Positions 30,297-40,392 are shown, numbered from the stretch's first letter. The stretch is 64,000 nt of DNA from an uncultured Actinomycetota bacterium (GCA_963718235.1 CAVQYR010000002.1:736001-800000), one strand, 5' to 3'. The notes: generated by a model from the sequence alone, not told the origin. Numbers and translations are program-made.

Positions 30297-31391
30297 TCAC
30301 ACCGGGTCGACGATGCCGGTACGGCTCAGCTCCAGTGCGGCCGCCAGGTCGGACCACAGGTCCTCGGGGGACTCCAGGCCGACGCTGAGCCGGAGCAGGC
30401 CGTCGGGAACGTCGGGAGACTCGTCCGGCCAGCGCCGTCGGCGCTCCAGGCTCGACTCGACCCCGCCAAGGCTCGTCGCGGGCACCCACAGCCGCACCGC
30501 GTCGACGACCGAGTCCGCGGCAGTCGCGTCGGCCACCTCGACCGCGATCATGGCGCCGAACCCCGGGTAGCGGACCCGGACGACCGACGGATGGCCGCCC
30601 AGCCGCTCGGCGAGCCACCCTGCCGACGACTCGGCCCGGTCGAGGCGGACCGCCAGTGTCCGCAGGCCGCGCAGGGCCAGCCAGGTCTCCATCGGTCCGG
30701 CGACGCCACCGGTCCGCGTCCGGATGTCGGCCAGTCGCTGGTGCAGGTCGGCGCTCGCCGTAGACACGACGCCCATGAGCAGGTCGCTGTGGCCGGACAT
30801 GATCTTGGTCGCGCTGTGCATCGCGAGGTCGGCGCCCAGCTCGAGCGGGCGAATCCGCATCGGGGAGGCGAACGTGGCGTCGACGGCGACCAGCGCCTGT
30901 GCCCCGTGGGCGGCGCCGATCACCGCCTCGAGGTCGACGGTCTCCAGCATCGGGTTGGTCGGCGTCTCCACCCACACCAGGTCCGCCCCGCTGACGGCGT
31001 CACGCACAGCTGCGAGGTCCGAGCCGCCGACGAACCGCGCGGTGTAGCGCCCACCGTCGACGCCTGCTTCCAGCACGGTCCTCGTGCCCGAGTAGCCGAC
31101 CCGCGGCGCCACTACGACACCGTCGGGTGGCACCAGCTCCAGGACAGCGCCCAACGCGGCGAGCCCTGAGGCGAAGGCCAGCGAGCGGCCGCCCTCCAGC
31201 GCACCGACGACGTCCTCGAAGGCATCCCACGTCGGCTGGCCCGCCCTGGCGTACGCGCGCTCGCCGCCCTGCACGAACGTCGAGGCGAACGTGACCGGCG
31301 GGCTGAGCGGTGCGCCCGGCTCGCGGGGCGGTCGTCCGCTGGTGATGAGCGCGGTCTCCAGGGACGTCGAGGCTGGCTGGTCGGTGTCCAT
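30297..31391 (-). CDS. PLP-dependent trans-sulfuration enzyme (cystathionine gamma-synthase/lyase family)
   Basis: FASG, ETPTNP, DATFASP, HSATK, TSLGGVES, RLSVGLE. Confidence 0.9.
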   Translation of the reverse strand: MDTDQPASTSLETALITSGRPPREPGAPLSPPVTFASTFVQGGERAYARAGQPTWDAFEDVVGALEGGRSLAFASGLAALGAVLELVPPDGVVVAPRVGYSGTRTVLEAGVDGGRYTARFVGGSDLAAVRDAVSGADLVWVETPTNPMLETVDLEAVIGAAHGAQALVAVDATFASPMRIRPLELGADLAMHSATKIMSGHSDLLMGVVSTASADLHQRLADIRTRTGGVAGPMETWLALRGLRTLAVRLDRAESSAGWLAERLGGHPSVVRVRYPGFGAMIAVEVADATAADSVVDAVRLWVPATSLGGVESSLERRRRWPDESPDVPDGLLRLSVGLESPEDLWSDLAAALELSRTGIVDPV

Positions 31392-31462
31392 GGGTTCATC
31401 GTCGCGTACGGGCTCGCGTGCCGGTCGGCGCCATCGTGACGGGTACGTCCTAGAGTCGTGCG

Positions 31463-32590
31463 GTGTCCACTTCCCCGCGCATTCGCGTCGCTGTGGTGTT
31501 CGGAGGGCGCAGCACCGAGCACGCCATCTCGTGCATCTCCGCCGGCAGCGTCCTGCGCGCTCTCGACCACGAGCGCTACGACGTCGTCCCGGTCGGCATC
31601 ACCCGCGACGGGGGCTGGGTGCTCGCCGCGGACGACCCGGACCATCTGGCCATCGAGGGTGGCGCGTTCCCGGAGATCACCTCCGACGGAACGGCGCTGG
31701 TCCTGGCCGGTGACCCCACCCAGCGCGAGCTCGTGGTCAGCGGGCCTGGGCAGACGCCGCACGAGCTCGCGGCCGTCGACGTGGTGTTCCCGCTGCTGCA
31801 CGGACCCTTCGGTGAGGATGGAACGGTGCAGGGGCTGCTCGAGCTGGCCGGTGTGCCGTACGTGGGCTCCGGCGTGCTGGCCAGCGCTGCGGGCATGGAC
31901 AAGGCGGTCGCCAAGACACTGCTGGCCGCCGCGGGGCTCGACCAGGCGCCTTACGTCGTCGTCACCGACCGCGACTGGCGTCTGCGCGCCGATGATGCCG
32001 TCGCCCAGGTACGACAGACCCTGACCCTCCCCGTCTTCGTGAAGCCGTCGCGCGCCGGGTCGAGTGTCGGCATCACCAAGGTCAAGGACTGGGCAGACCT
32101 CGTGCCGGCCATCGAGGGGGCCCGCGCGCACGACCCCAAGGTTGTCGTCGAGCAGGGCGTCGCCGGGCGCGAGATCGAGTGCGGCGTGCTCGAGCGTGAG
32201 GACGGCTCCGGCCCCGAGGCCAGCGTCTGTGCGGAGATCGTCGTCCACGGCGGACACGAGTTCTACGACTTCGAGGCGAAGTACGTGGCCCAGTCGGCCG
32301 ACGACGCCACCGAGCTCGATGTGCCGGCCGATCTCGATCCACAGGTCAGTGACCGCGTCCGCGACATGGCGTGCCGTGCCTTCGATGCCCTGGGTTGTGA
32401 GGACTACGCCCGGGTCGACTTCTTCGTGGCTGACGACGGGCGGATCGTGGTCAACGAGGTCAACACCATCCCCGGGTTCACACCGATCTCGATGTTCCCG
32501 CGGATGTGGGCGGAGTCCGGGCTCGACTATCCCGCGCTCGTCGACCGCTTGATCAGCCTGGCCCTGCGCAAGCGCAGTGGCCTGCGCTAA
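31463..32590 (+). CDS. ddl: D-alanine--D-alanine ligase
   Basis: FGGRSTEH, LHGPFGEDG, GSSVG, NEVNTIPGFT. Confidence 0.97.
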   Translation: MSTSPRIRVAVVFGGRSTEHAISCISAGSVLRALDHERYDVVPVGITRDGGWVLAADDPDHLAIEGGAFPEITSDGTALVLAGDPTQRELVVSGPGQTPHELAAVDVVFPLLHGPFGEDGTVQGLLELAGVPYVGSGVLASAAGMDKAVAKTLLAAAGLDQAPYVVVTDRDWRLRADDAVAQVRQTLTLPVFVKPSRAGSSVGITKVKDWADLVPAIEGARAHDPKVVVEQGVAGREIECGVLEREDGSGPEASVCAEIVVHGGHEFYDFEAKYVAQSADDATELDVPADLDPQVSDRVRDMACRAFDALGCEDYARVDFFVADDGRIVVNEVNTIPGFTPISMFPRMWAESGLDYPALVDRLISLALRKRSGLR

Positions 32591-32595
32591 GTCCC

Positions 32596-33069
32596 TCAGT
32601 CGGTGAGCAGAGGCAGCGTGCTCTTGACCACGTCGCTGAGCTCGACCAGGGGGCCCGCTTCGGGTGCGTAGTCCGCGGGAACCGCGACCTCCACGTTGGC
32701 GATCCGACCGACGGTGGTGAACAGGTAGCCGTTGCTCAGCGGTTCGGGGAACCAGTCGACACCGTTCACCGACACCAGCTGCGAGGTCGGTTCGAGCGCG
32801 TCGGGACGGGCCACCCCGCACCTCAGCACGATCGGTGGGTTCCCGTAGGCGGCGACCAGGGGGCTGTCCGGGTGGGTCTCGCGCACGATCTGGTCGACCA
32901 GGGTCGAGGGGAGCTCGTCGGCAAAGTCGTCGCAGGCGGCCGCGGCGGCCCGGCTCGGCGGGGACGGCGTGGCCACCGTGACGTGCGCCGTGGAGCAGCC
33001 TGCGACGACCAGGAGCCCGGCCACGCCGACGACGCCGCGGACCGCCCGCTGCCGGAGCCCGGTGCTCAG
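32596..33069 (-). CDS. DUF3515 family lipoprotein (start uncertain; probable CTG at 33069)
   Basis: Lipobox VAGC, YGNPPIVLRCGV, VNGVDW, VEVAVP. Confidence 0.78.
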   Translation of the reverse strand: MSTGLRQRAVRGVVGVAGLLVVAGCSTAHVTVATPSPPSRAAAAACDDFADELPSTLVDQIVRETHPDSPLVAAYGNPPIVLRCGVARPDALEPTSQLVSVNGVDWFPEPLSNGYLFTTVGRIANVEVAVPADYAPEAGPLVELSDVVKSTLPLLTD

Positions 33070-33299
33070 AGGTGGATGACCGGGCAGGTCAACGTACGGG
33101 TGATCCCGGGAACGGCCTGCACCGACGCGACGACGAAGCGGCCGAGCTCGTCGTCGCTGCTGGCCTCGGCCCGCACGATCACGTCGTACGCACCGATGAG
33201 GTTCTCGGCGAGGGTGACCCCCGGTACGGCGGCGATCTGGCTCGCCACCTCGGCGGCGCGCCCCACCTCGGTCTGGATCAGGATGTAGGCCGTGACCAT
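33066..33299 (-). CDS. Lrp/AsnC ligand-binding domain protein
   Basis: MVTAYILIQTEVG...GAYDVIVR...GITRTLTCPV. Confidence 0.9.
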   Translation of the reverse strand: MVTAYILIQTEVGRAAEVASQIAAVPGVTLAENLIGAYDVIVRAEASSDDELGRFVVASVQAVPGITRTLTCPVIHL

Positions 33300-33410
33300 C
33301 GCAGCCGTCCTCTCCGTCACCGGTCGGCGGGACCGCCGACTCTGGAACGCTGACGCTACCCCGCCGACAGGTCTCCCGTCGCGGGGGTGGGCGGGACGAA
33401 GGAGCTGACC

Positions 33411-34373
33411 GTGGCCGACGACAAGGACGACCTCGCGTGCACGGGGGAGTTCGCCCTCATCGCCGCGCTGGGGCGACGACTGCCCCAGGGCGAGGGGGTG
33501 CTGCTCGGCCCCGGGGACGACGCGGCCGTGGTGGCCGTGCCGGACGGCCGGGTCGTGGCCACGGTCGACGTGCTCGTCGAGGGGGTGCACTTCCGGACCG
33601 ACTGGGCCGCTCCCGAGGCGATCGGGCGTCGGGCCGCCGCGGCCAGCCTGGCCGACGTCGCGGCGATGGGCGCGCGGCCGACTGCCCTCCTCGTCGGACT
33701 TGCGGCGCCGAGGACGACCCCGACCGCTTGGGCGCTGCGGCTCGGTGACGGGCTGCGCGACGAGGCGGCACTCGTGGGAGCCAGTGTCGTGGGCGGCGAC
33801 GTCACGTCCGCAGACCAGATCGTCGTCTCGGTGACGGCACTGGGCGACCTGGACGGCCGAGCACCGGTGACCCGAGGGGGAGCACGGCCCGGTGATGCCG
33901 TGGCTGTCTGCGGCCGACTCGGCTGGGCAGCGGCCGGACTGGCGGTGCTGCGTCGGGGCTTCGGCTCGCCGCGGTCCCTGGTCGAGGCCTACCGCCGGCC
34001 CGAGCCGCCCTACGCGGCGGGGGTCGCCGCGGCCCGGGCCGGCGCGACGTCCCTGTGCGACGTGAGTGACGGCCTGGTGGCCGACCTGGGCCACGTCGCG
34101 GACGCCAGTGGGGTGGAGGTCGACCTGGACCGCTCGGCGCTCCCGGTGGGAGAGCCACTGGTGGCGGTGGCCGCGGCGTACGGGGTCGACCCGCTCGAGT
34201 GGGTGCTGACCGGGGGCGACGACCACGCGCTGGTCGCGACGTTCCCGGCGGGCGTGGTGCGGCCGCAGGGTTTCGTCGTCGTGGGGGTCGTGCGTGCGGC
34301 GGACCAGCCGCAGGTGCTCGTGGACGGTCGGACTTGGTCAGGTCCGGGCGGTCACACCCACTTCAAGGGCTGA
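33411..34373 (+). CDS. thiL: thiamine-monophosphate kinase
   Basis: GEFALI, GPGDDAA, DVAAMGA, GGD, DVSDGL, GGDDH. Confidence 0.95.
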   Translation: MADDKDDLACTGEFALIAALGRRLPQGEGVLLGPGDDAAVVAVPDGRVVATVDVLVEGVHFRTDWAAPEAIGRRAAAASLADVAAMGARPTALLVGLAAPRTTPTAWALRLGDGLRDEAALVGASVVGGDVTSADQIVVSVTALGDLDGRAPVTRGGARPGDAVAVCGRLGWAAAGLAVLRRGFGSPRSLVEAYRRPEPPYAAGVAAARAGATSLCDVSDGLVADLGHVADASGVEVDLDRSALPVGEPLVAVAAAYGVDPLEWVLTGGDDHALVATFPAGVVRPQGFVVVGVVRAADQPQVLVDGRTWSGPGGHTHFKG

Positions 34374-34378
34374 CCAGG

Positions 34379-34444
34379 CGTCAGCGGGCGACGTGCTGAC
34401 GGGACGTCAGCGGGCGACGTGCTGACGGGACGTCAGCGGGCGAC
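34379..34444. repeat. 26-bp tandem repeat (2.5 copies) covering the rpmB stop, each unit an inverted repeat
   Basis: CGTCAGCGGGCGACGTGCTGACGGGA twice, then CGTCAGCGGGCGAC. Confidence 0.92.
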
Positions 34445-34618
34445 CTTGCCCGCTTTGATGCAGGAGGTGCACACGTGCAGCTTCTTCGAGGTACCGCCGA
34501 CGGTGGTGCGCACGGTCTGGATGTTCGGGTTCCAGCGGCGCGGGGTCCGACGGTGGGAGTGGGAGATGCTGTTGCCGAAGCCAGGGCCCTTGCCACAGAC
34601 GTCGCAGTTGGCGGCCAC
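34433..34618 (-). CDS. rpmB: 50S ribosomal protein L28 (Zn-binding type)
   Basis: [32 protein letters not shown]...[10 protein letters not shown]. Confidence 0.97.
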   Translation of the reverse strand: MAANCDVCGKGPGFGNSISHSHRRTPRRWNPNIQTVRTTVGGTSKKLHVCTSCIKAGKVAR

Positions 34619-34819
34619 GTCGGATCACTCCTTGGAAAGCATGCGTGAGAACACGGGTCGAACGAACACGAGAAGTCTGAGTCGTCAGACGGCCCGGACC
34701 GGCCGGACAACCGTGCCAGCCTACCCGACCGCCAGGTTGGGGCCCAAAACGCTCCCCTGACTAGGCTTCGGTTCGCGTCTGACGAGGGTCGGCGGCACCT
34801 GCGCCGAGGAGGGAGCCGG

Positions 34820-36466
34820 GTGGCACAGTCCGTGCACGCGTCGCTGGACGCCGCAGCCGTCCGGGCCTGGTGCCGGGTCGGGGTCGACCAGCTGGCCCGG
34901 GCGAGGGCCGAGATCGACGCGCTCAACGTGTTCCCCGTGCCCGACGGTGACACCGGGACGAACCTCTTCCTGACCATGGAGGCGGCCAGCGAGGCGGTCG
35001 AGACACCCGAGGGCGCCCCCCGGCACGACGAGGACCTCTCGCTCACCGTGCACGCCATGGCCCAGGGCGCGCTCCTCGGCGCTCGGGGCAACTCCGGGGT
35101 GATCGTGTCCCAGCTGCTGCGCGGCGTGGCCGAGACCCTGGGTGCTGCGGCCCCGGCGGCCTCCCCGACCGTGCTGCGTGCGGCCCTGAGGAGGGCCGCC
35201 GACCTCGCCTACGCGGCCGTCGCCCAACCGGTCGAGGGGACCGTGCTCACGGTGGCCCGGGCTGCGGCCGACGCCGCGTTGGCCGAGACGCGGGACAGCC
35301 TGGCTGAGGTGGTCACGGCTGCGGTCGCTGGCGCCCGCGAGGCGCTGGAACGCACACCCTCACAGCTGGAGGTGCTGCGGCGAGCGGGCGTCGTCGACGC
35401 CGGGGGTCGCGGGCTGGTCGTGCTGCTGGACGCCCTGGCGAGCGTGATCACCGGACTGCCGCCGGAGCGGATCGCCGAAGAGGCGGTGCGGCGCGAGCCG
35501 ACGGGGCTCGACGCCGCCGGCACCGTTGGCGACGGGCCTGACTTCGAGGTGATGTTCCTGCTGGACGCCCAGGCGCACGACGTCGACCGCTTGCGCGAGC
35601 GGCTGGGCGGGCTCGGTGACTCGCTCGTCGTCGTCGGTGGAGACGAGCTGTGGAACGTGCACGTGCATGTCGACGACGCAGGGGCCGCGGTCGAGGCCGC
35701 GGTCGAGGCGGGTCGTCCGCACCGGATCCGGATCACCCACCTGCGCACCGGCGAGGGGGATCCGCGGGCAGGCAGGGTTGCTGGGGGCGCCGGCGCCAGG
35801 ACCGGTGGCCGGTGCGTGGTGGCCGTGGTCCCGGGTCCGGGCCTGGCGGCGCTGTTCGAGTCGGTGGGGGCGCACCCGGTTCTGGGTGGCCCCGGGCGAC
35901 GGCCGTCGACCGCTGCCCTGCTGGAGGCGATGAGGGCCTGTGGGGCCAACGACATCGTGGTCCTGCCCAACGACGCCGACTCGCGCTCGGTGGCGGAGGC
36001 CGCGGCCGAGCGGGCGAGGGACGACGGCCTGCGGGTCTCGGTGATCCCGACCCGGGACCCGGTGCAGGGGCTGGCCGCGGTCGCCGTCCAGGACAGCAGC
36101 CGGCGGTTCGACGACGACGTGGTGGGGATGACCGCGGCCGCCCGGGCGACCCGGCACGGAGCCGTCAGCGTGGCGGCGAGGGAGGCGATCACCAGCGCCG
36201 GTGTCTGCCGTCCGGGCCAGGCGCTGGGGCTGATCGAGGGGGACGTCGTCGTCCTCGGCGACACCCTCGGTGAGGTGGCCGAGGTCGTGGTCGACCGGAT
36301 GCTGGCCGGCGCGGGTGAGCTGGTCACGCTGGTCACCGGGGCGGAAGTGCCCGGTGACCTGGCCGACGCCCTGGTGGCGCACCTGCACCACGAGCGGCCC
36401 GACGTCGAGGTGATGGTGTACGCCGGGGGTCAGGCCCTGTACCCGCTGCTGATCGGGGTCGAGTGA
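34820..36466 (+). CDS. DAK2 domain / fatty acid kinase A-like protein
   Basis: LNVFPVPDGDTGTN, GARGNSG, VVDAGG, VHVH, GGQ..YPLLIGVE. Confidence 0.92.
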   Translation: MAQSVHASLDAAAVRAWCRVGVDQLARARAEIDALNVFPVPDGDTGTNLFLTMEAASEAVETPEGAPRHDEDLSLTVHAMAQGALLGARGNSGVIVSQLLRGVAETLGAAAPAASPTVLRAALRRAADLAYAAVAQPVEGTVLTVARAAADAALAETRDSLAEVVTAAVAGAREALERTPSQLEVLRRAGVVDAGGRGLVVLLDALASVITGLPPERIAEEAVRREPTGLDAAGTVGDGPDFEVMFLLDAQAHDVDRLRERLGGLGDSLVVVGGDELWNVHVHVDDAGAAVEAAVEAGRPHRIRITHLRTGEGDPRAGRVAGGAGARTGGRCVVAVVPGPGLAALFESVGAHPVLGGPGRRPSTAALLEAMRACGANDIVVLPNDADSRSVAEAAAERARDDGLRVSVIPTRDPVQGLAAVAVQDSSRRFDDDVVGMTAAARATRHGAVSVAAREAITSAGVCRPGQALGLIEGDVVVLGDTLGEVAEVVVDRMLAGAGELVTLVTGAEVPGDLADALVAHLHHERPDVEVMVYAGGQALYPLLIGVE

Positions 36467-38673
36467 GCGCGTCCGGCCCCGCGCTGATGGACCAGCCGTT
36501 GCGCACGATCCTGTCGGCCGACGGGGTGAAGAAGCTCGCGGCCAAGCTCGACCTGCACAGCGTGGGCGACCTGCTGCAGCACTACCCGCGCCGGTACGCC
36601 ACGCGCGGTGAGCTCACCGACCTGAGCGGACTCGTGGAGGGCGAGGACGTCACCGTTGTCGGGCAGGTCTCCTCGGTGCGCACGCGCCGGATGAAGCAGC
36701 GCAGGGGAACCATCGTCGAGGTCCAGATCAGTGAGGGCCCAGCACGCCTTTCCCTGACCTTCTTCAACCAGGCGTGGCGGGAGAAGCAGCTGGCGGTGGG
36801 TACCCGGGGTCTGTTCGCGGGAACGGTCAGCCGGTTCAACCGCACCTTGCAGCTCACGCATCCTGAGTTCATCCCACTCGACGACCTGGACGACGACGCC
36901 AGCGGCTCGATCGAGGCCAAGGCACACCGGCTCATCCCGGTGTACCCGTCGGCGGCGGGCCTGGAGACCTGGAAGATCGGCAAGGCCGTGCAGACCGCGC
37001 TCGCCGGCGTCGACGGCCTCGGTGACCCGCTGCCCGAGGAGATCCGGGCCCGGCACGGCCTGGTCGACCTCGCGTCGGCCTACCGGCTCGTGCACCGCCC
37101 TTCGTCGATGGACGACGTCGAGGCCGCCCGCGCCCGGCTGACCTTCGACGAGGCGTTCGTGCTCCAGGTGGTCCTGGCCCAGCGGCGGCACGCCATCGGT
37201 CAGCTGCCCGCGACTGCGAGGGTGGCTCGCGCGGGCGGGCTGCTCGATGCGTTCGACGCGACGATGCCGTTCACCCTGACCGCCGGACAGCACGAGGTCG
37301 GGGCCGACATCACCCAAGACCTCGCTGCCGAGCACCCGATGCACCGGCTCCTGCAGGGTGAGGTGGGATCGGGCAAGACCCTGGTGGCCATCCGGGCGAT
37401 GCTCACCGTCGTCGACGCAGGGGGCCAGTCAGCGCTGCTCGCCCCGACCGAGGTCCTGGCCCAGCAGCACTTCCGCTCGATCACCGAGCTGCTGGGGCCG
37501 CTGGCCCAACGTGGCCGGCTCGGCGGCGATGACCAGGGCACGACCGTGGCCCTGCTGACCGGCTCCCAGAGCAGCGCTGCCCGCCGCCAGGCGCTGCTCG
37601 ACACGGCTTCGGGTGACGCCGGGATCGTCGTGGGCACCCACGCCCTGCTCCAGGAGCACGTGGACTTCTTCGACCTCGGGCTCGTCGTGGTCGACGAGCA
37701 GCACCGGTTCGGCGTCGAGCAGCGCGACGCGTTGCGGGCCAAGGCCGAGCGGCCTCCTCACGTGCTGGTGATGACGGCGACCCCGATCCCGCGGACGGTC
37801 GCGATGACCGTGTTCGGCGACCTCGAGGTCTCCACGCTCACCGAGCTGCCGTCCGGACGCTCACCCATCGCGACCCACGTCGTCCCCACCGCGGACAAGC
37901 CGCACTACCTGACCCGCACCTGGGAACGCCTGCGCGAGGAGGTCGAGGCCGGGCACCAGGCGTACGTCGTCGCTCCGCGGATCGGCGACACCGACCCGGC
38001 CCGTGACCGCGAGGACGACGCCTCGCAGCTGGAGGGCGAACCGGGGGCCCCGGACCGCCGACCGCCGACCGCTGTGCTCGACCTCGTCGCCGAGCTCACC
38101 GCGGGCCCGTTGTCCGGACTGAGGGTGGGCATGCTGCACGGCCGGATGCCGTCGGACGACAAGGACGAGACCATGCAGGCGTTCACCCAGGGGCGGCTCG
38201 ACGTGCTGGTCGCCACGACGGTGATCGAGGTCGGGGTCGACGTCCCCAACGCCACCGTGATGGTCATCGCCGATGCTGACCGGTTCGGCGTCTCCCAGCT
38301 GCACCAGCTGCGCGGCCGGGTCGGACGCGGCCGCGCGCCCGGACTGTGCCTGCTCGTGACCGAGGCGCCGCCGGGCACGCCGGCGCGGGAGCGGCTGGAC
38401 GCGGTCGCGGCCACGACCGACGGATTCGTGCTGTCCCAGCTGGACCTGCAGCAGCGGCGTGAGGGCGACGTGCTCGGGACGTCCCAGGCCGGTCGTCGGT
38501 CGAGCCTGCGCCTGCTGCGCGTCCTGCGGGACGAGGCGGTGATCACCCAGGCCCGCGCTGACGCCGTCGCCGTGGTCGAGAGCGACCCGGAGCTGGAGTC
38601 GCACCCGGCGCTGGCGCAGGCCGTGCGTCGGGTGTCGGCGTCCGACGGCGCCGACTACCTGGACAAGGCATGA
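36463..38673 (+). CDS. recG: ATP-dependent DNA helicase RecG
   Basis: QGEVGSGKT, DEQHRFGV, TATPIPRT, QLHQLRGRVGRG. Confidence 0.97.
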   Translation: MSASGPALMDQPLRTILSADGVKKLAAKLDLHSVGDLLQHYPRRYATRGELTDLSGLVEGEDVTVVGQVSSVRTRRMKQRRGTIVEVQISEGPARLSLTFFNQAWREKQLAVGTRGLFAGTVSRFNRTLQLTHPEFIPLDDLDDDASGSIEAKAHRLIPVYPSAAGLETWKIGKAVQTALAGVDGLGDPLPEEIRARHGLVDLASAYRLVHRPSSMDDVEAARARLTFDEAFVLQVVLAQRRHAIGQLPATARVARAGGLLDAFDATMPFTLTAGQHEVGADITQDLAAEHPMHRLLQGEVGSGKTLVAIRAMLTVVDAGGQSALLAPTEVLAQQHFRSITELLGPLAQRGRLGGDDQGTTVALLTGSQSSAARRQALLDTASGDAGIVVGTHALLQEHVDFFDLGLVVVDEQHRFGVEQRDALRAKAERPPHVLVMTATPIPRTVAMTVFGDLEVSTLTELPSGRSPIATHVVPTADKPHYLTRTWERLREEVEAGHQAYVVAPRIGDTDPARDREDDASQLEGEPGAPDRRPPTAVLDLVAELTAGPLSGLRVGMLHGRMPSDDKDETMQAFTQGRLDVLVATTVIEVGVDVPNATVMVIADADRFGVSQLHQLRGRVGRGRAPGLCLLVTEAPPGTPARERLDAVAATTDGFVLSQLDLQQRREGDVLGTSQAGRRSSLRLLRVLRDEAVITQARADAVAVVESDPELESHPALAQAVRRVSASDGADYLDKA

Positions 38674-39236
38674 CCCGGATCGTCGCCGGGAGCGCGCGCG
38701 GTCGACGGCTCGTGGTTCCCGCGGGGCTTGCCACCCGCCCGACGTCGGCTCGGGCGCGGGAGGCGCTGTTCAGCTCGTTGGAGGCCGAGCTGGGCCACTG
38801 GTCGGGCAGGGGCTTCCTCGACCTGTACGCCGGGTCCGGTGCGGTCGGTCTGGAGGCGGCCTCGCGCGGCGCCGCTCCGGTCGTGCTCGTCGAGAGCGAG
38901 CGGCCGGCCTGGCACGCCGCCCGCGAGAACGTCGCGACCCTGGGGCTCACCGACGTCGCGCTGCACCGCACGACGGTCGAGGCCTTCCTCGCCGGCCCAC
39001 CCGGGGCGCCGTTCGACGTCGTCTACCTGGACCCGCCCTACGCGACCGACGACGACGAGGTCGCCGCAGCCCTCGAGGCGCTCGTCGACCGGTCCTGGCT
39101 CGGGCCGGATGCGGTGGTGGTGGTCGAGCGGGCCACCCGTGGGGCCGGTCCTCGGTGGCCCATTGGACTGCTGGCGACCCGCTCGCGTCGGTACGGCGAG
39201 GCCACGCTTTGGTACGGTCGCGCCGATGGCGCCTGA
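38670..39236 (+). CDS. rsmD: 16S rRNA m2G966 methyltransferase
   Basis: TRPTS.R.REALF, DLYAGSGA, DPPY. Confidence 0.93.
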   Translation: MTRIVAGSARGRRLVVPAGLATRPTSARAREALFSSLEAELGHWSGRGFLDLYAGSGAVGLEAASRGAAPVVLVESERPAWHAARENVATLGLTDVALHRTTVEAFLAGPPGAPFDVVYLDPPYATDDDEVAAALEALVDRSWLGPDAVVVVERATRGAGPRWPIGLLATRSRRYGEATLWYGRADGA

Positions 39237-39261
39237 GGTCGGCGCTCGAGGGAGTGGGCGC

Positions 39262-39756
39262 ATGCTGTCGGTGGTGTGTCCTGGCTCGTTCGACCCGCTC
39301 ACGAACGGGCATCTCGACATCATCGAGCGGGCGAGCCGGCTGGCCGACACGGTGTACGTCGCCGTCCTGCACAACTCCAACAAGCGGGGCATGTTCGAGG
39401 TCGACGAGCGGATCGAGCTGATCAGGGGAGCCGCGCCGCACCTGGAGAACCTCGTCGTCGAGGGGTTCGAGGGACTGCTCGGCGACTACTGCGCGCAGCG
39501 CGGCATCGGGGCGATCGTCAAGGGGATCAGGGCGGTCAGCGACTTCGACTACGAGCTGCAGATGGCCCAGATGAACCACCGGCTGGCTGACGTCGACACC
39601 TTCTTCGTGGCCACCAACCCGGTGTACTCGTTCCTGTCGTCCAGCCTGCTCAAGGAGGTGGCGGCATACGGTGGTGACATCTCCGGCCTCGTCCCGGAGG
39701 GCGTCGACGCCGCACTGCGGCAGCGGCTGGCCGAACGGCCCCGCAACCAGAAGTGA
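39262..39756 (+). CDS. coaD: pantetheine-phosphate adenylyltransferase
   Basis: PGSFDPLTNGH, DFDYELQMA, LSSS. Confidence 0.96.
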   Translation: MLSVVCPGSFDPLTNGHLDIIERASRLADTVYVAVLHNSNKRGMFEVDERIELIRGAAPHLENLVVEGFEGLLGDYCAQRGIGAIVKGIRAVSDFDYELQMAQMNHRLADVDTFFVATNPVYSFLSSSLLKEVAAYGGDISGLVPEGVDAALRQRLAERPRNQK

Positions 39757-39770
39757 GACCAGGAGGACCG

Positions 39771-40274
39771 GTGGACGTCAACGACAAGCTCGACGAGCTC
39801 GCGGCGATGGTGGCCGGTGCGCGGTCGATGCCGATGTCGTCGTCGTGCGTGCTGAACCGCGCGGAGGTGCTGGACCTCGTCGAGGAGATCCGCCACCGGC
39901 TGCCGGCGGACCTCTCACGGGCTGACGCCCTGCTCGGCGACGCCGACGGAGTGATTGCGGCTGCCCAAGGGCGGGCCGACGACATCGTGGCCGCGGCGCA
40001 GTCCGAGCGCATGCACCTGGTCTCCGAGACCGAGGTCCTGGCCCAGGCCGAGCGCGAGGCGGGTCGGATCATCGACACCGCCGAGCAGGAGGCGGCCTCC
40101 ATGCATCGGGAGATCGACGACTACATCGACGCCAAGCTCGCCAACTTCGAGATCGTCCTGGGCAAGACCATGGAGGCCGTCCGTCGCGGACGGGAGAAGA
40201 TCCAGGGCCGGCGCGCCGTCGAGGAGCTCGCCGACCTCGACCTGCCGGACCCGGACCAGCCCGAGACCCCCTGA
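39771..40274 (+). CDS. conserved coiled-coil protein (DivIVA/SepIVA-like)
   Basis: ARSMPMSSSCVLNR, coiled coil, DDYID.KLA.FE; position between coaD and yceD; RBS AGGAGG. Confidence 0.75.
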   Translation: MDVNDKLDELAAMVAGARSMPMSSSCVLNRAEVLDLVEEIRHRLPADLSRADALLGDADGVIAAAQGRADDIVAAAQSERMHLVSETEVLAQAEREAGRIIDTAEQEAASMHREIDDYIDAKLANFEIVLGKTMEAVRRGREKIQGRRAVEELADLDLPDPDQPETP

Positions 40275-40392
40275 CCGGCGTCGGGGCCGGTGACGCGTCC
40301 CCGCCGGTTTGGGCGAAGCCTGCGCCCTCGGCTACCCTCACCGGGTTGGTCTCGTCCGGGACCTCCCTGTCAGCCTGCTGGTGAGGAAGACC

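Noticed and set aside
34379-34444. 26-bp palindromic repeats as a mini-CRISPR
   Set aside because: Units are directly adjacent with no spacers, and there are no cas genes.
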